From the NCBI RefSeq assembly GCF_053078305.1, contig NZ_CP166879.1: a stretch of DNA of 64,000 bases; one strand, 5' to 3'. Below are positions 30,562 through 41,075 of the stretch, piece by piece; within the stretch, counting starts at the first letter, position 1, and every line of letters starts with the position of its first letter. Position numbers and translations under genes: made by a program. The notes under the pieces were generated by a model. That model did no database searches. It saw nothing but the letters and a program-made list of their open reading frames with translations, and had not been told where the DNA came from.

Positions 30562-31014
30562 CTACGTTTTATGCAGCCGCTCAGGGATGTATGTCACAAT
30601 TTTCTTTCGCCTGCTTAACCATCGTACTTCTCCTTCTCCCCATGGCTGAAGCTGTATGAGATAGTCAATAACTTTTCGACCAAAGCCTGGTTTACAACAG
30701 AAATCCAGAATCCAAATCCTTCCATCTTCATTCCATTCAGACGGATGCAACCTGAATTCTGGATCCCTGAGCAGGCGCGCTTCTGTATCAGCCTCAAGAT
30801 ATGCCCAGGTAATATACGCCAGTGGAAAACCTCGTGAATCAAACAGGAATTTAATCTGATTATGCTGTATCGCATATTCAGTCCAGTATTGAATGGTTAA
30901 CACCGGATACAGACTGTAATTACGATTGTAGAGCATACAACTGACCGCAAAACCGATCTGTTCATAAACAGTCCATTCATCTTTTCCTCTGATGGTTTCC
31001 CTTATATAAGACAT
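30562..31014 (-). CDS. mchD: microcin maturation protein MchD/MceI-like (HlyC-like acyltransferase family)
   Basis: 150 aa; position between mchC and mchE matches the H47 system; family assignment from recollection. Confidence 0.65.
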   Translation of the reverse strand: MSYIRETIRGKDEWTVYEQIGFAVSCMLYNRNYSLYPVLTIQYWTEYAIQHNQIKFLFDSRGFPLAYITWAYLEADTEARLLRDPEFRLHPSEWNEDGRIWILDFCCKPGFGRKVIDYLIQLQPWGEGEVRWLSRRKKIVTYIPERLHKT

Positions 31015-31039
31015 GATTACTATTTCCCTTATATATTTT

Positions 31040-32590
31040 TTACACTGTGTTTCTTATCGGTTCAAGATATCCAAATGCATCTCTGGAAAACTTAAGCATA
31101 AAATTTTTCATATCAGAAATTGCTTCTTGTAAAAAAAGGGGATCATCGCCATGATTATCCAGCAGGATGGCAATTTTTTCGCACATATTTTCTTTCCTCA
31201 GCTCTTCCCTGGGTTGCAGCCTTTTCATGGTATGATGTTCAATTTCTTTCAGGAGTAATGAGGCATTTATCTGACGTCTGGTACTGCCTTGCGTCAGCCA
31301 GTGGATGGCCTGGGAAAAACACTGTTGTGCAACGGTGAAATGAACATCATTCTTGATGCTACTATTCAGTGCCTGCTTTTGATTATGCCTATGATGGATT
31401 AGCGTCACAACCAACTTTTGCAATGGTGAACCATCCTGATTGACAATATCTTGGGCATGTGATTTCTCGCAGTATTGATTGAGTAATGCAACAAAACTGT
31501 TAACCAGTTCTTTCAATATATCAGGTATCTCTTTTTGTGTTATAAATTCTCCAGGAATACCCAACAGTTCTAGATAACAGTAATAACATGCTTCATGAAA
31601 AGTTTTCTGAAATATCTCCTCAACCTTCAAACGGGCTGCAAGAGTGAAGTCAGGGTCAAACATATATTTTCCGATATACAAGCAGAGATCAGACAGCCCT
31701 TGCATAAGTACCATCGGTTCTTTTGCCAGTTCAGCTAATCTTAGTTTATACCCAAAATCAGCTGGGGAATCTCCCGGAAACAGACAACTGAGTCCGTTAA
31801 AATCCATTAATCTGCCATCCATTGCAATATTAGAAGGAGAAGTTGTCAATCTCAGGAAACGTGTTCGACAAAATGCCATTTGCCAGGCCTCACGACGTGC
31901 CAGTTCACATAACCCCTCAATGCAATAAATCCGGGGATCAGTTCGTGCTTCAGCATCAATTTCTTCCGGTGGTACAGGTAGATATCCTGGCAGCTTGTGG
32001 ATCACAGATCTAACCCGACAGGCATCGTGAATTAACAGACTGGAATACTCCGGTTTTACTTGGAAGTAAGGTGCCCGTTCAAAATGCGCCGGACGAACAA
32101 CAGGCTCACGTACCAACAGGGCTCTTCGTGATTTCCTACCGGAGCGCTCAAATGCCTTTTCAGTATAGAGATCTGTAAGTAAAACCGCCCGAACCCGCAC
32201 AGCACTATAAGGTAATATTTGAGCCAGTACTTCTCCCCACAAAGCCTCATATATTGCATGAACAGCGCCGAGTGCACCATTAGAATGACGTTCGTCAGTA
32301 CCTTCGCCAACCAACGGATTACTTCCTATTCCTTTAACCTGGTAGTTACCATCAAACCCACAACGTGCACCACCTCCATTACGCTGAATACCACTGCCAC
32401 CATAGCGCTCTGCATGGAACACTTTGGCAGAAGCTGTACTGCCAGGATCGATAATATAACTGCAGGCATTTTGCAGCTCGTCTGGATTTCTGACATCCTC
32501 TGCACACCAGATTAATGAGGCCTTGATCTGCCTGGCAGTGAAAGGCACCAGGTTTTCATTCAGTTCAGAAAGTGAACACTGATGACTCAT
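31040..32590 (-). CDS. mchC: microcin maturation protein MchC/MceJ-like
   Basis: 516 aa; immediately downstream of mchB, as in the mchXIBCDEF arrangement. Confidence 0.7.
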   Translation of the reverse strand: MSHQCSLSELNENLVPFTARQIKASLIWCAEDVRNPDELQNACSYIIDPGSTASAKVFHAERYGGSGIQRNGGGARCGFDGNYQVKGIGSNPLVGEGTDERHSNGALGAVHAIYEALWGEVLAQILPYSAVRVRAVLLTDLYTEKAFERSGRKSRRALLVREPVVRPAHFERAPYFQVKPEYSSLLIHDACRVRSVIHKLPGYLPVPPEEIDAEARTDPRIYCIEGLCELARREAWQMAFCRTRFLRLTTSPSNIAMDGRLMDFNGLSCLFPGDSPADFGYKLRLAELAKEPMVLMQGLSDLCLYIGKYMFDPDFTLAARLKVEEIFQKTFHEACYYCYLELLGIPGEFITQKEIPDILKELVNSFVALLNQYCEKSHAQDIVNQDGSPLQKLVVTLIHHRHNQKQALNSSIKNDVHFTVAQQCFSQAIHWLTQGSTRRQINASLLLKEIEHHTMKRLQPREELRKENMCEKIAILLDNHGDDPLFLQEAISDMKNFMLKFSRDAFGYLEPIRNTV

Positions 32591-32861
32591 CTGGCAGTAT
32601 TCTCCGTTTCAATTTTCATAAAAGAGTGTTCATAAAAGAGCAAGTAAGTGTCCTGACAGCTTCTTCCTTATTACAGTAAAACTCTATTAATTACACATAA
32701 ATTAAAAAATTATTTATCAACGACTGTAAATCATATCTTCATCAGTAAAGTGTTGAACATAAAAACACACTTATAAATGGATCTTCTATCTGTTTTAAAC
32801 AAAAAGGATATATTTTACAGGTACTACCGAAAAAGTGCCTGTAAAATAAATAAAAATATAA

Positions 32862-33089
32862 TTAGCTACCGCCACCAGCAGAAGAACTGGCACTACCACT
32901 TCCCACGGTCGAGCCAATTGCTGTTGTCAAACCGGCAGATACGGCTCCAACTACAACCCCAAGTGGACCACCAGGTATTCCGGCGAGAGCTCCAACAATA
33001 GCTGCAGCACCTGCAGCATTAGCTGAAGTAGCTGGCGCACCTCCCGCCCCGGAAATATATCTTAACTGTGATTCTGTTATTTCTCGCAT
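32862..33089 (-). CDS. mchB: microcin H47 precursor
   Basis: 75 aa; leader MREITESQLRYISGAG; Gly/Ala-rich core; C-terminal SASSSAGGGS; matches my recollection of MchB. Confidence 0.85.
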   Translation of the reverse strand: MREITESQLRYISGAGGAPATSANAAGAAAIVGALAGIPGGPLGVVVGAVSAGLTTAIGSTVGSGSASSSAGGGS

Positions 33090-33116
33090 ATAAACTGCAT
33101 ATAAACTCCATCATAT

Positions 33117-33326
33117 TTAACTTCCGTTTTTCCAGCCTGACCAGACCAGAATCCTTCGAATCCCATGAATCAGCTCAATAAAACCAAGAAATATTATAAA
33201 GCTTAGAAAAACGTCAACATAAGAATTCCCTTCGCCAACAATCCGAAGGGATGAAAGTGAAACCAATAAGATAGTAATAGGTAAACTGAATATAGCCGTC
33301 AATTGGGACAGTTTTTTATAACTCAT
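33117..33326 (-). CDS. mchI: microcin H47 immunity protein
   Basis: 69 aa two-helix membrane peptide (MSYKKLSQLTAIFSLPITILLV...) directly upstream of mchB. Confidence 0.8.
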   Translation of the reverse strand: MSYKKLSQLTAIFSLPITILLVSLSSLRIVGEGNSYVDVFLSFIIFLGFIELIHGIRRILVWSGWKNGS

Positions 33327-33738
33327 TAATCCCTACCTGTTGCTTTATTTTCATTATGAAAAGTTACCAAATCTTAGCACCTCAGTCAGGAGAGTCAGGT
33401 CATCGATAAAGAATATTCCAGTAGAGTGGCGCTCATGATCAAAGATAACAGCAAAGTTGATGACAGCGCTGACCGACTGTCATTTACAGAAACCCTGTTT
33501 GTAGCACATTCCATCTTACCTGACCTCACCCAGACAAAGACAAAAGAGAATGATTGTTATTTACTTTTCAAAAAAAAGTGTCATATTGTCCATATAAAGT
33601 CAAGAGGTATTTTACGTTATGTCACTGATGCAATTGTTAGTCAGGATCTCATGGTTGTCGCTCATGTATAACCTGAGACTTGAACGCACACTAATAGCAC
33701 TGACGGTCATACATCGGGAAATGTGAGGAGGCATAAGA

Positions 33739-33984
33739 ATGAATTGTGATAATAATCACAGAAATGAAGAATTCATTGTTACCTTTGATAAAGGCAACAA
33801 GCAAGACAATTCAAGACGAAAACACGATAATTTTCCTATAGAGGTAGAATCCTCCGTAGAGCAGGAGACACACTGTATCACAAATAATAAGTCGGCTTCC
33901 GGTATAGTAACACATGACTATGATGCCGATTATATTTGTGGTTGTGGTGAAATTATGTGTCCTGGTTGCGGTCATGACCTATAA
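33739..33984 (+). CDS. small cysteine-rich protein, unknown function
   Basis: 81 aa; strong GAGGAGG site 8 nt upstream; C-terminal CGCGEIMCPGCGHDL cluster; lies where mchS4 is reported in the H47 system, but identity unverified. Confidence 0.45.
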   Translation: MNCDNNHRNEEFIVTFDKGNKQDNSRRKHDNFPIEVESSVEQETHCITNNKSASGIVTHDYDADYICGCGEIMCPGCGHDL

Positions 33985-34139
33985 CAAACATTTTTGCAAA
34001 CTGATACCTGATCAGGTACAAGCCTGTTGATTATTATGCTGAATATTTCATGTTATAAAACCATCGATATAAACATTAACAAGAAAAAACATATATTGTT
34101 TATCTGAACATTTATCGATGGAAAACCAAAGGGGAAAGT

Positions 34140-34574
34140 ATGTATCTTACGAAAAAGATTATAATAAGTATGATGTTTATATTACCATCTGCTGCATTTT
34201 CATCAGATCCACCTCCCCTTCAACAATCGTTAGAAAAAACAACCTATTTTTCTATAGGTATGAATGGGTTTATAGGCTATCAGAGCGAAGGGGAAAAATT
34301 ATACACACACATTCTTACATTAGATAATCCCGAAGAGATATTTAAAAATATAATAAAAAATAGAAAGTCAACTAAGGAGTCTAAAATTTATGCTGCTTGT
34401 GGGCTATATTATTTAAACGTAGAAAATATAGAGTCATTGTTTAATGAAAATGATAAACAAGAATATGTGTCTGTCTTAAGAGGGGATATTTTAACAAAAA
34501 TAAAACTGAATGATATTCTGAATTCTGTGATAATAAATGGTTGCAACACCAAATTAATATCTGAACATAAATGA
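34140..34574 (+). CDS. secreted/membrane-anchored protein, putative immunity protein for the adjacent precursor (MchS3-like)
   Basis: 144 aa with N-terminal signal/anchor; AAAGGGGAAAG upstream; 16 nt before the precursor gene; size and position fit MchS3. Confidence 0.5.
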   Translation: MYLTKKIIISMMFILPSAAFSSDPPPLQQSLEKTTYFSIGMNGFIGYQSEGEKLYTHILTLDNPEEIFKNIIKNRKSTKESKIYAACGLYYLNVENIESLFNENDKQEYVSVLRGDILTKIKLNDILNSVIINGCNTKLISEHK

Positions 34575-34590
34575 GCAGGAGGTCTTTAAA

Positions 34591-34824
34591 ATGAGAGAAA
34601 TATCAGATCACATGCTTGATTTCGTGAAAGGAGGGATGAATCTTAATGGATTACCTAGTTCTACTAATGTAATAGATCTACGAGGAAAAGATATGGGAAC
34701 ATATATTGATGCTAATGGAGCATGCTGGGCTCCGGGTACTCCATCCATCATCATGTATCCGGGGGGAAGTGGACCTTCTTATAGTATGAGTAGTTCCACA
34801 TCCAGTGCAAACAGCGGCAGTTAA
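34591..34824 (+). CDS. class IIb microcin precursor, probably microcin I47 (MchS2-like)
   Basis: 77 aa; leader MREISDHMLDFVKGG; C-terminal SSSTSSANSGS; AGGAGG upstream; terminator hairpin follows. Identity with I47 is from recollection only. Confidence 0.65.
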   Translation: MREISDHMLDFVKGGMNLNGLPSSTNVIDLRGKDMGTYIDANGACWAPGTPSIIMYPGGSGPSYSMSSSTSSANSGS

Positions 34825-34828
34825 ATAA

Positions 34829-34860
34829 ATACCCTCCGGCATGGCCGGAGGGTATTTATG
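34829..34860 (+). terminator. rho-independent terminator after the precursor gene
   Basis: Inverted repeat ACCCTCCGGC / GCCGGAGGGT with a 3-nt loop, followed by ATTTAT. Confidence 0.5.
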
Positions 34861-35112
34861 ATGTGCCTGTAAGACTCTACTTCTGTCGTCTCTTTACAAA
34901 GGCATATGATCTGTCATTTTGTACCAGACATCTTAACGAGAGCCTTTTCATATATTACTTACATACGTGAAATCTACAGTATAAAGCAAAAATTTTATTA
35001 AACCTGTTTTATATTTATCATCAATACAACAGATTTAATTCCGGAAAGTCACTCATCATCCCTTGAATGAACGTCATTTGATGTATTATTCTTACACTTG
35101 GATTAATTTAAG

Positions 35113-36387
35113 ATGATACCTATGAAAAACTATCTTTTCCAGACACCCGAAGATATTTGTGTACAGTTAAAAAAAATGACACATCCTGTCACAATAAGAA
35201 CAACAGATATTGCTAATTTCTGGCACTATCTTGAGTCAGCAACACTTCCAGTGATCACAAAAAGCACCACTACAGAAAATCGGGAGGTTACATTTCTGTG
35301 GCGCTCAGAGAAAGCACTGCAAGGCGTATATCTTCGCCTGAATCGTGTAACAGATAAAAAAGACGTCAAAAAAGGACTAATGACTCATATCCCTTCGACA
35401 GATATCTGGATGCTGACACTGGTGTTACCAGCTTCATATCGGGGCTCATACTCATTTATAGAAATTCCCACAGATATGACACAAAAAGACATATTTCAAC
35501 TAGGAAGTCGCTTCTCTCCATTACCCGGTAAATCTGATCCATTTAACAAAACAGCAGAAATAAATATACGAGGATTCGGAGAATCAGTCCTTTCTCTTGA
35601 TATGGCTCCTGAACAAAAGGAATGGGATGATACTTCCCATAAATGTACAGGTATTCTTTCAACATTACATTCCTTTGTTGCAGGATATCAACGCCGGATT
35701 CGTTTATATTTTCCCCTGAATCCAACATCAGTACCTCTTGGATTACTTGTGTTACCTGATGCTGAAACATGGTTTGACCGGATAGATATTACCCGGGCAT
35801 TAGATATGGCCATCACCACTGGTCGTATCACGCCAATGGCAATTATGGGGATAGACAATATTAATGAATCTGATCGTATGAATATACTGGGAGGCAATAA
35901 AGAACTCATCTTTGATATAGCGGAAAATCTGATACCCCAGTTATACAGAGACTATCCGGATATCGTATGGGCTGGTCGCTCTAATACTGTACTGGCCGGG
36001 CAGAGCCTCGGTGGAGTGACAGCACTGATGGCAGCTATATATGCGTCGACAACATTTGGTACAATCATTAGTCACTCACCTTCAATGTGGTGGAACCCTG
36101 ACCAGGGCAGCCCGATCTTGTTTACTGAGAATAATACCTCCTGGGTAAGTGAGCAGATACTTTCAGCGCCTCCGAAAGATGTAAATATTCGACTTGGAGT
36201 CGGTTCTTTAGAAGGTACAACCGTCTCACATGTTCAGCGATTGCATCATTCGTTAATCGCAGCTGGTTTGGAAAGTAACCTCACTGTCTATACCGGTGGT
36301 CACGATTATGCTTGGTGGCGCGGAGCAATTATTGATGAATTAGCAAATTATAATTGCAGGAAGGTATCAAATAATAACTCTGTGTAA
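35113..36387 (+). CDS. mchS1: enterobactin/salmochelin esterase family protein (IroD/Fes-like; MchS1/McmK)
   Basis: 424 aa; serine hydrolase motif GQSLGG; role in processing the siderophore moiety of class IIb microcins is established for this family. Confidence 0.8.
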   Translation: MIPMKNYLFQTPEDICVQLKKMTHPVTIRTTDIANFWHYLESATLPVITKSTTTENREVTFLWRSEKALQGVYLRLNRVTDKKDVKKGLMTHIPSTDIWMLTLVLPASYRGSYSFIEIPTDMTQKDIFQLGSRFSPLPGKSDPFNKTAEINIRGFGESVLSLDMAPEQKEWDDTSHKCTGILSTLHSFVAGYQRRIRLYFPLNPTSVPLGLLVLPDAETWFDRIDITRALDMAITTGRITPMAIMGIDNINESDRMNILGGNKELIFDIAENLIPQLYRDYPDIVWAGRSNTVLAGQSLGGVTALMAAIYASTTFGTIISHSPSMWWNPDQGSPILFTENNTSWVSEQILSAPPKDVNIRLGVGSLEGTTVSHVQRLHHSLIAAGLESNLTVYTGGHDYAWWRGAIIDELANYNCRKVSNNNSV

Positions 36388-36456
36388 AATATCTTTTTAT
36401 CGTCCGATAACTCTTTCTGCAATATTATTATGGGAGACTATCTCATTTATTTAGTG

Positions 36457-36492
36457 ATGTCCTTCATTTATGTGATGAAGGACATTATATTA
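36457..36492. terminator. hairpin between convergent mchS1 and mchA
   Basis: Inverted repeat ATGTCCTTCAT / ATGAAGGACAT with a 7-nt loop. Confidence 0.35.
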
Positions 36493-36528
36493 CTCATAAC
36501 ATTTCTCGTTGAAAATTTCAGCAATACG

Positions 36529-37653
36529 CTACAATTGTTTCCCGTTGTTTTTTAATTTTCTCATCAAAACCTCTGCAATCTCTGCAGGACTGGGTTGTTC
36601 AGCCATTTCAGCGGCTACCTGATCTGAACAGAAGCGTAGTGAATCATCATAAAGCAGGCGATTTACCAAATCACTAGTCAGTCCATGCTTGTCCGGAATA
36701 ATCCCACACCCACGCTTCGCAACAATTTCTGCATTAACAGAGCGATCTGCACCTTCGCCAAACACAATCTGTGGTATTCCACTATACAGCGCTGTCAGGG
36801 TATTACCTGCGCCACCGTGATGAATAAATCCATCAGCTCCATTAAGGAATACACCCATAGGTATCCAGTCAACCAGACGTACATTTGATGGTAGTTTTCG
36901 TAAACCAGTACGAGCATTTATTGCAAGTTGCAAAATGATATCAGCATCAACTTCATTTGCAGAATCCATAACCCATGAAATCAGCTCCAGACCATCAACC
37001 ATTGGTTTTACAGTGCCAAGGCTGATAAGTAAACGTTTCCGATCAGAATCCCTGTCCCACCATGTTTCCTTTACAGCACCTCCGTTATAAGGAATATATC
37101 TCATTGAGATAACCGGTTCTCCAGCATTTTTAAGAATGCTCATACTTGGGGGAGCAACATCAATCCATGCTAAATCACATAGTGGACCGCTGACTCCATG
37201 CCGCCTGTAAGCATTGCTTAAAGAACGGTTTAACATCTGAATATGGGCAGATGTATGCGCGAATCCAACAGCCAGCATCACTGAAGGAATTCTATATTTA
37301 GCAGCAACCAATGGGCCTGCCGGACCAAGAGGGGGATAGACTATTAAATCTGGCCTCCATTTTCCTGCAAAATTGATGAGGTTATCTGCCATTTCATCGC
37401 TAAAAAAAGAGAAATGACCAATAATATTACTTTTTTTCCTCAACTCTTCCTGATGGCGATATCCAGCCTCTGAATCTAAACCTGGAACTGCATCAAAAAC
37501 AACCAGTCCAGCTTCTGCTGCTTTATTCGCGAATTTGCCAGCGCTACTAATTACTACATCATGTCCAATTACACGAAAGGCCTGAGCCAGAGAAATCAAT
37601 GGGTATAACAAACCGTACAGCGGTGGGCCAATAAAAAGAATACGTTTTCGCAT
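36529..37653 (-). CDS. mchA: IroB-like glycosyltransferase (MchA/McmL)
   Basis: 374 aa GT-B type glycosyltransferase with C-terminal HHGGAGNT motif; convergent with the esterase gene. Confidence 0.8.
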   Translation of the reverse strand: MRKRILFIGPPLYGLLYPLISLAQAFRVIGHDVVISSAGKFANKAAEAGLVVFDAVPGLDSEAGYRHQEELRKKSNIIGHFSFFSDEMADNLINFAGKWRPDLIVYPPLGPAGPLVAAKYRIPSVMLAVGFAHTSAHIQMLNRSLSNAYRRHGVSGPLCDLAWIDVAPPSMSILKNAGEPVISMRYIPYNGGAVKETWWDRDSDRKRLLISLGTVKPMVDGLELISWVMDSANEVDADIILQLAINARTGLRKLPSNVRLVDWIPMGVFLNGADGFIHHGGAGNTLTALYSGIPQIVFGEGADRSVNAEIVAKRGCGIIPDKHGLTSDLVNRLLYDDSLRFCSDQVAAEMAEQPSPAEIAEVLMRKLKNNGKQL

Positions 37654-38381
37654 TAAAAAAGTCCGTCTTCTGCTTACCTGTTTATTTTTCTATCTCTAAG
37701 AAAACATAATTAATATTATTTTTATGTGAGCTTATGCACAAAAATAACCAAGTATATTATCTTCTGGTAGAGATACAGGATACAGTTTGTAGGAGCTTTC
37801 TTTTTTGAACAATGATTTGCAGGACAGTTATGCTAAACTAGCGGAATCAGTATCACAACAATAAATGACTGTTCATACCTGAAATTTGAATTAACAGGCA
37901 TCATGAATGTCAATAGTCTAAGCGGTGACTACTTATATCGCTTGCATAAATACTAAACACTGACTAGAAAAGTATTGGATAACCCCGTCACTAAAAGTAA
38001 CGCTTCGGTTATTTGCTCGGAATGTATTAACGCCAAGATTGTTAGCCGTTACGCCTTATATCACTGGCGCTGACAAATGTTTCTTTTCTAATTTACTGAA
38101 CCGGCGCAGACACGCAGGAAAGCACGCCGGCACCGGTGTAATGCCAGTTCTAATCAATAAGAATGGAATGACGAATCAGTCAGGAAGGGATAACAACCCG
38201 CTGCTGAACGGAAGGTATCAGCAGGAAGATGAACGGGAATATCGCCAGCACCAAGGGCAGGGCCGGGTTCCACAATACCAGCGCTGGCATTTTGCACATT
38301 GCCAGCGTACCGGCATTACAACACGTTTCATGCTGCTGCCCCCAGGATTCCTCGATTCGTTGCTACATCCACTGCTCTACT

Positions 38382-38579
38382 TCACTTCCACTGCTCCACT
38401 TCACTTTTGTACCAGCGGCTGCTGCGCCCCAGTTTGATGGGTTTAGGGAAATGGCCTTCACTGATCAACTTGTAAAACCATTTGTCGGTCATACCGGTGA
38501 AACTGGTGATATAGTTCATGTCGATCAGGGAATTATCGGCACGCAGAAATACGCTGTCGTGGCTTGTTGTAGTCAACAT
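38382..38579 (-). CDS. alpA: AlpA-family phage/island regulatory protein (copy 1)
   Basis: 65 aa; C-terminal TDKWFYKLISEGHFPKPIKLGRSSRWYKSEVEQW closely parallels the second copy at 43373-43579. Confidence 0.65.
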   Translation of the reverse strand: MLTTTSHDSVFLRADNSLIDMNYITSFTGMTDKWFYKLISEGHFPKPIKLGRSSRWYKSEVEQWK

Positions 38580-38964
38580 GGTCAGAATGTCCTGTGAGAT
38601 TTATGAAGATTGTGCGAATGCGGGGAATCTGCTGAGCTGTGCTTTCAGAACTGGCCTGTTACGGGATACCAGGGATTACCGGCGGGGTAACGGGCTTCCG
38701 GATCATACACACCACGATTATCGCGGACAAAATCACTGAACGCCCATATCACCTCTTTAAGTATGTCTTCGCAGTCCGGTAAATGACGATCCAGCGCCAC
38801 ATCCCGGGTGGTACAGCTTTGATGCGCCCGGTGACACAAAGCCCGGATTGTTCCAGACATCCTGAATCAAACGCCCCAGATTAGGGGCGTCGAAATATGC
38901 CTCTCTGACCATTATATTCCGGCGTACAGGTAGCAGGTCTGAAGTGACAATGCGTCACCTGACG

Positions 38965-39531
38965 TTAAAAGTCACTACACCCAAGATGACGTTCAATGGC
39001 ACCATAGGATTCAATGTAAGCCCGGGCCGTCTGTTCCAGTACACCAGGCTCAGCGTTGTATGTGTTAGCTGCATCAAATACCAACGACAACACTTCAGGA
39101 TACACAACCAGATGTGTAATGGAGTTATCTTCACTCAATACTTTTCCCCACGCCTGCTCAATCAGATTTCTTAGAACCACCACCTCACGACTCTTACACC
39201 AGACATCGTTATTAAGTAGCAGCACCATAAGATAAGGAGTGGTATCGTTAGCCACAGCTTCCCTACTCCAGAGATAATATAAAGGGGTGGGCTCAACAGA
39301 TTGATCTTTACGTCGCTTACACTGCAAATATTCAGAAATGAGTCTATGCAGTTCACCAGTAAAATCAGCCATCAGAGAGGGAATGGCCTTATTAATACCC
39401 TGCCCTGGTATTAATTTAAATTGTAATAATTTAATTTCAGGATGTGTGGCTGCAGCCCGATACAGAGTTGCAAGGACACACTTTTGCCAGAGGGCGTTAC
39501 AGGAAAGCTTAACATTTGATTCTGTATACAT
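38965..39531 (-). CDS. YagK/YfjJ-family (inovirus Gp2-like) protein, copy 1
   Basis: 188 aa; shares the LLLL(N/V)(N/R)D(V/T)WC block with the copy at 41076-41645; typical of CP4-like islands. Confidence 0.6.
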   Translation of the reverse strand: MYTESNVKLSCNALWQKCVLATLYRAAATHPEIKLLQFKLIPGQGINKAIPSLMADFTGELHRLISEYLQCKRRKDQSVEPTPLYYLWSREAVANDTTPYLMVLLLNNDVWCKSREVVVLRNLIEQAWGKVLSEDNSITHLVVYPEVLSLVFDAANTYNAEPGVLEQTARAYIESYGAIERHLGCSDF

Positions 39532-40009
39532 AATAAATCACCTTACAGTTACAACAGGTCAAAAACCGCTGTAGCCAGAGTTACGCTGGCCTGATGCTTT
39601 AGCATCGGGCTTCGTCAAATAATCCAGAATCCAGACGTGCCAATAAGCGCTGATACTGCTCAGGGAAATCAGGAGCATTAATATCCTGGATGTCACGTCC
39701 ATTAGCAGGGAAATGAACAATGCAGCCCCCTGGATTAACTATGCAGAAATCATCCTGAGGCACTGATAAATACGGAGAGGACTCTCGCGTATGGTTGATT
39801 GACACCACAGTGCGAATTCGGCGGATGCGAGATCACGGTACGATTCCGCACCACACTACCAATCAATACCCCGGGTTTTATTCAGGTAAGCAGGACTGCG
39901 GATATCCGGTGTCGCGCCGTTGTGTCACGAACGGGGTGGGTGCGAAACACCGGATAAAATACAGGTTGGCAATACCTCTGAACGCCCTGCGCAGAGCGGG
40001 GATTTCGGA

Positions 40010-40816
40010 TTAAGTACTCGCACCTCCGCAGTCCTCAAACAAGTCTGGCTGGTAGCTGTAAACAGACTTCGTACATACCGCTCTGCAATAAATCCCCGTA
40101 CCACAGGCCTCACAGAACTTCTTCCCATGAAAAAACTGCTCACACATCACACAATGCCACTCCAGCACGACCGATAATGGCGATAAAAACATCGCCATAT
40201 CCTCAATGTAAGGGTGGGACTTTTCCGGATTCAGCACCACACAGTCCGCCTTCTGTTGCTCACTCAGGGCATGTAAATCATGCTCAAACCATGCCCCCTG
40301 AGCATCTGTCTGCAGAATCAACCGGCCATGGCAGGAAAGGCAGAAACAATGCCGGATATTTCTGCTGAGCGCAGAGTCGGCACTGATAATGTGTTCACCC
40401 GGCGTGATCCCCAGCCCCGTTTTTATACCGTTCATTCTGCTACCCCCCTCCTCACTGAAGCGTCCGGTCTGGCAGTGTGTGCAGTACCGCTCCCCATAAT
40501 AATCGTGGTGACATTGTCTGCAGTGCCAGCTGGCTTTACGCACCACGGGTAAGGCATCCGGGACGAATTGCTGCAGACGTTTAATCAACTGTATTTCTCT
40601 GCGTTCCGGCCTGACATAAGGACATTGCTGCGCGTGCTCCGTCAGCCCTTCGTCAGCGTGTTCAAACCAGGGCCGTTCAGTGTCGTATTGCGGGTGGTAT
40701 CTGAGTGCACTGCCGCAAAGGTGGCAGGTGTAGCGGTCGTAAGGCGCAGTCTGTGCGGTACGGGCCCCCGTCAGACGTCCGTTGCCATCAAGAGCGAGAA
40801 AGGATTTTGCGTACAT
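40010..40816 (-). CDS. cysteine-rich protein with multiple CxxC pairs (putative zinc-ribbon protein)
   Basis: 268 aa; at least eight CxxC pairs (CHLCG, CRQCHH, CTHCQ, CLSCHG, CVMCE, CEACG and others) with conserved spacing. Confidence 0.5.
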   Translation of the reverse strand: MYAKSFLALDGNGRLTGARTAQTAPYDRYTCHLCGSALRYHPQYDTERPWFEHADEGLTEHAQQCPYVRPERREIQLIKRLQQFVPDALPVVRKASWHCRQCHHDYYGERYCTHCQTGRFSEEGGSRMNGIKTGLGITPGEHIISADSALSRNIRHCFCLSCHGRLILQTDAQGAWFEHDLHALSEQQKADCVVLNPEKSHPYIEDMAMFLSPLSVVLEWHCVMCEQFFHGKKFCEACGTGIYCRAVCTKSVYSYQPDLFEDCGGAST

Positions 40817-41075
40817 AGTATATATTCCTCAGCCGCCAGACGACACGCAGGCAACAGCCGTCCAGGTACGGGCAGCGTGGTCAGGTGTGAATGGCGGTTC
40901 AGTTAAAATCTGGACTGGAGTTTGGGTAAAGCAGGCTGGTTGCTGTTACAGCACTGTGGTTGTCACACAATGGCCCACTGACGTAAAAAACAGTCAGTGG
41001 GCGAGTGGATACATCGTTGCCGCCAGACAACAACCCATACTTTTGGTTTGCCGGGTATTGGTGCGCCTGTCGTGT

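Noticed and set aside
33327-33671. Search for mchX upstream of mchI, and the 81-aa plus-strand ORF at 33426-33671
   Set aside because: Only very short minus-strand frames (about 12-13 codons) were found where mchX is expected, and the plus-strand ORF starts with GTG and has no ribosome-binding site. Neither could be supported as a gene; mchX may be divergent or absent.
38300-38400. Short tandem repeat (GAAGTGGAGCAGTGGA-like unit, two copies) at the 3' end of alpA copy 1
   Set aside because: Only two imperfect copies overlapping the gene end; too short to call a repeat element.
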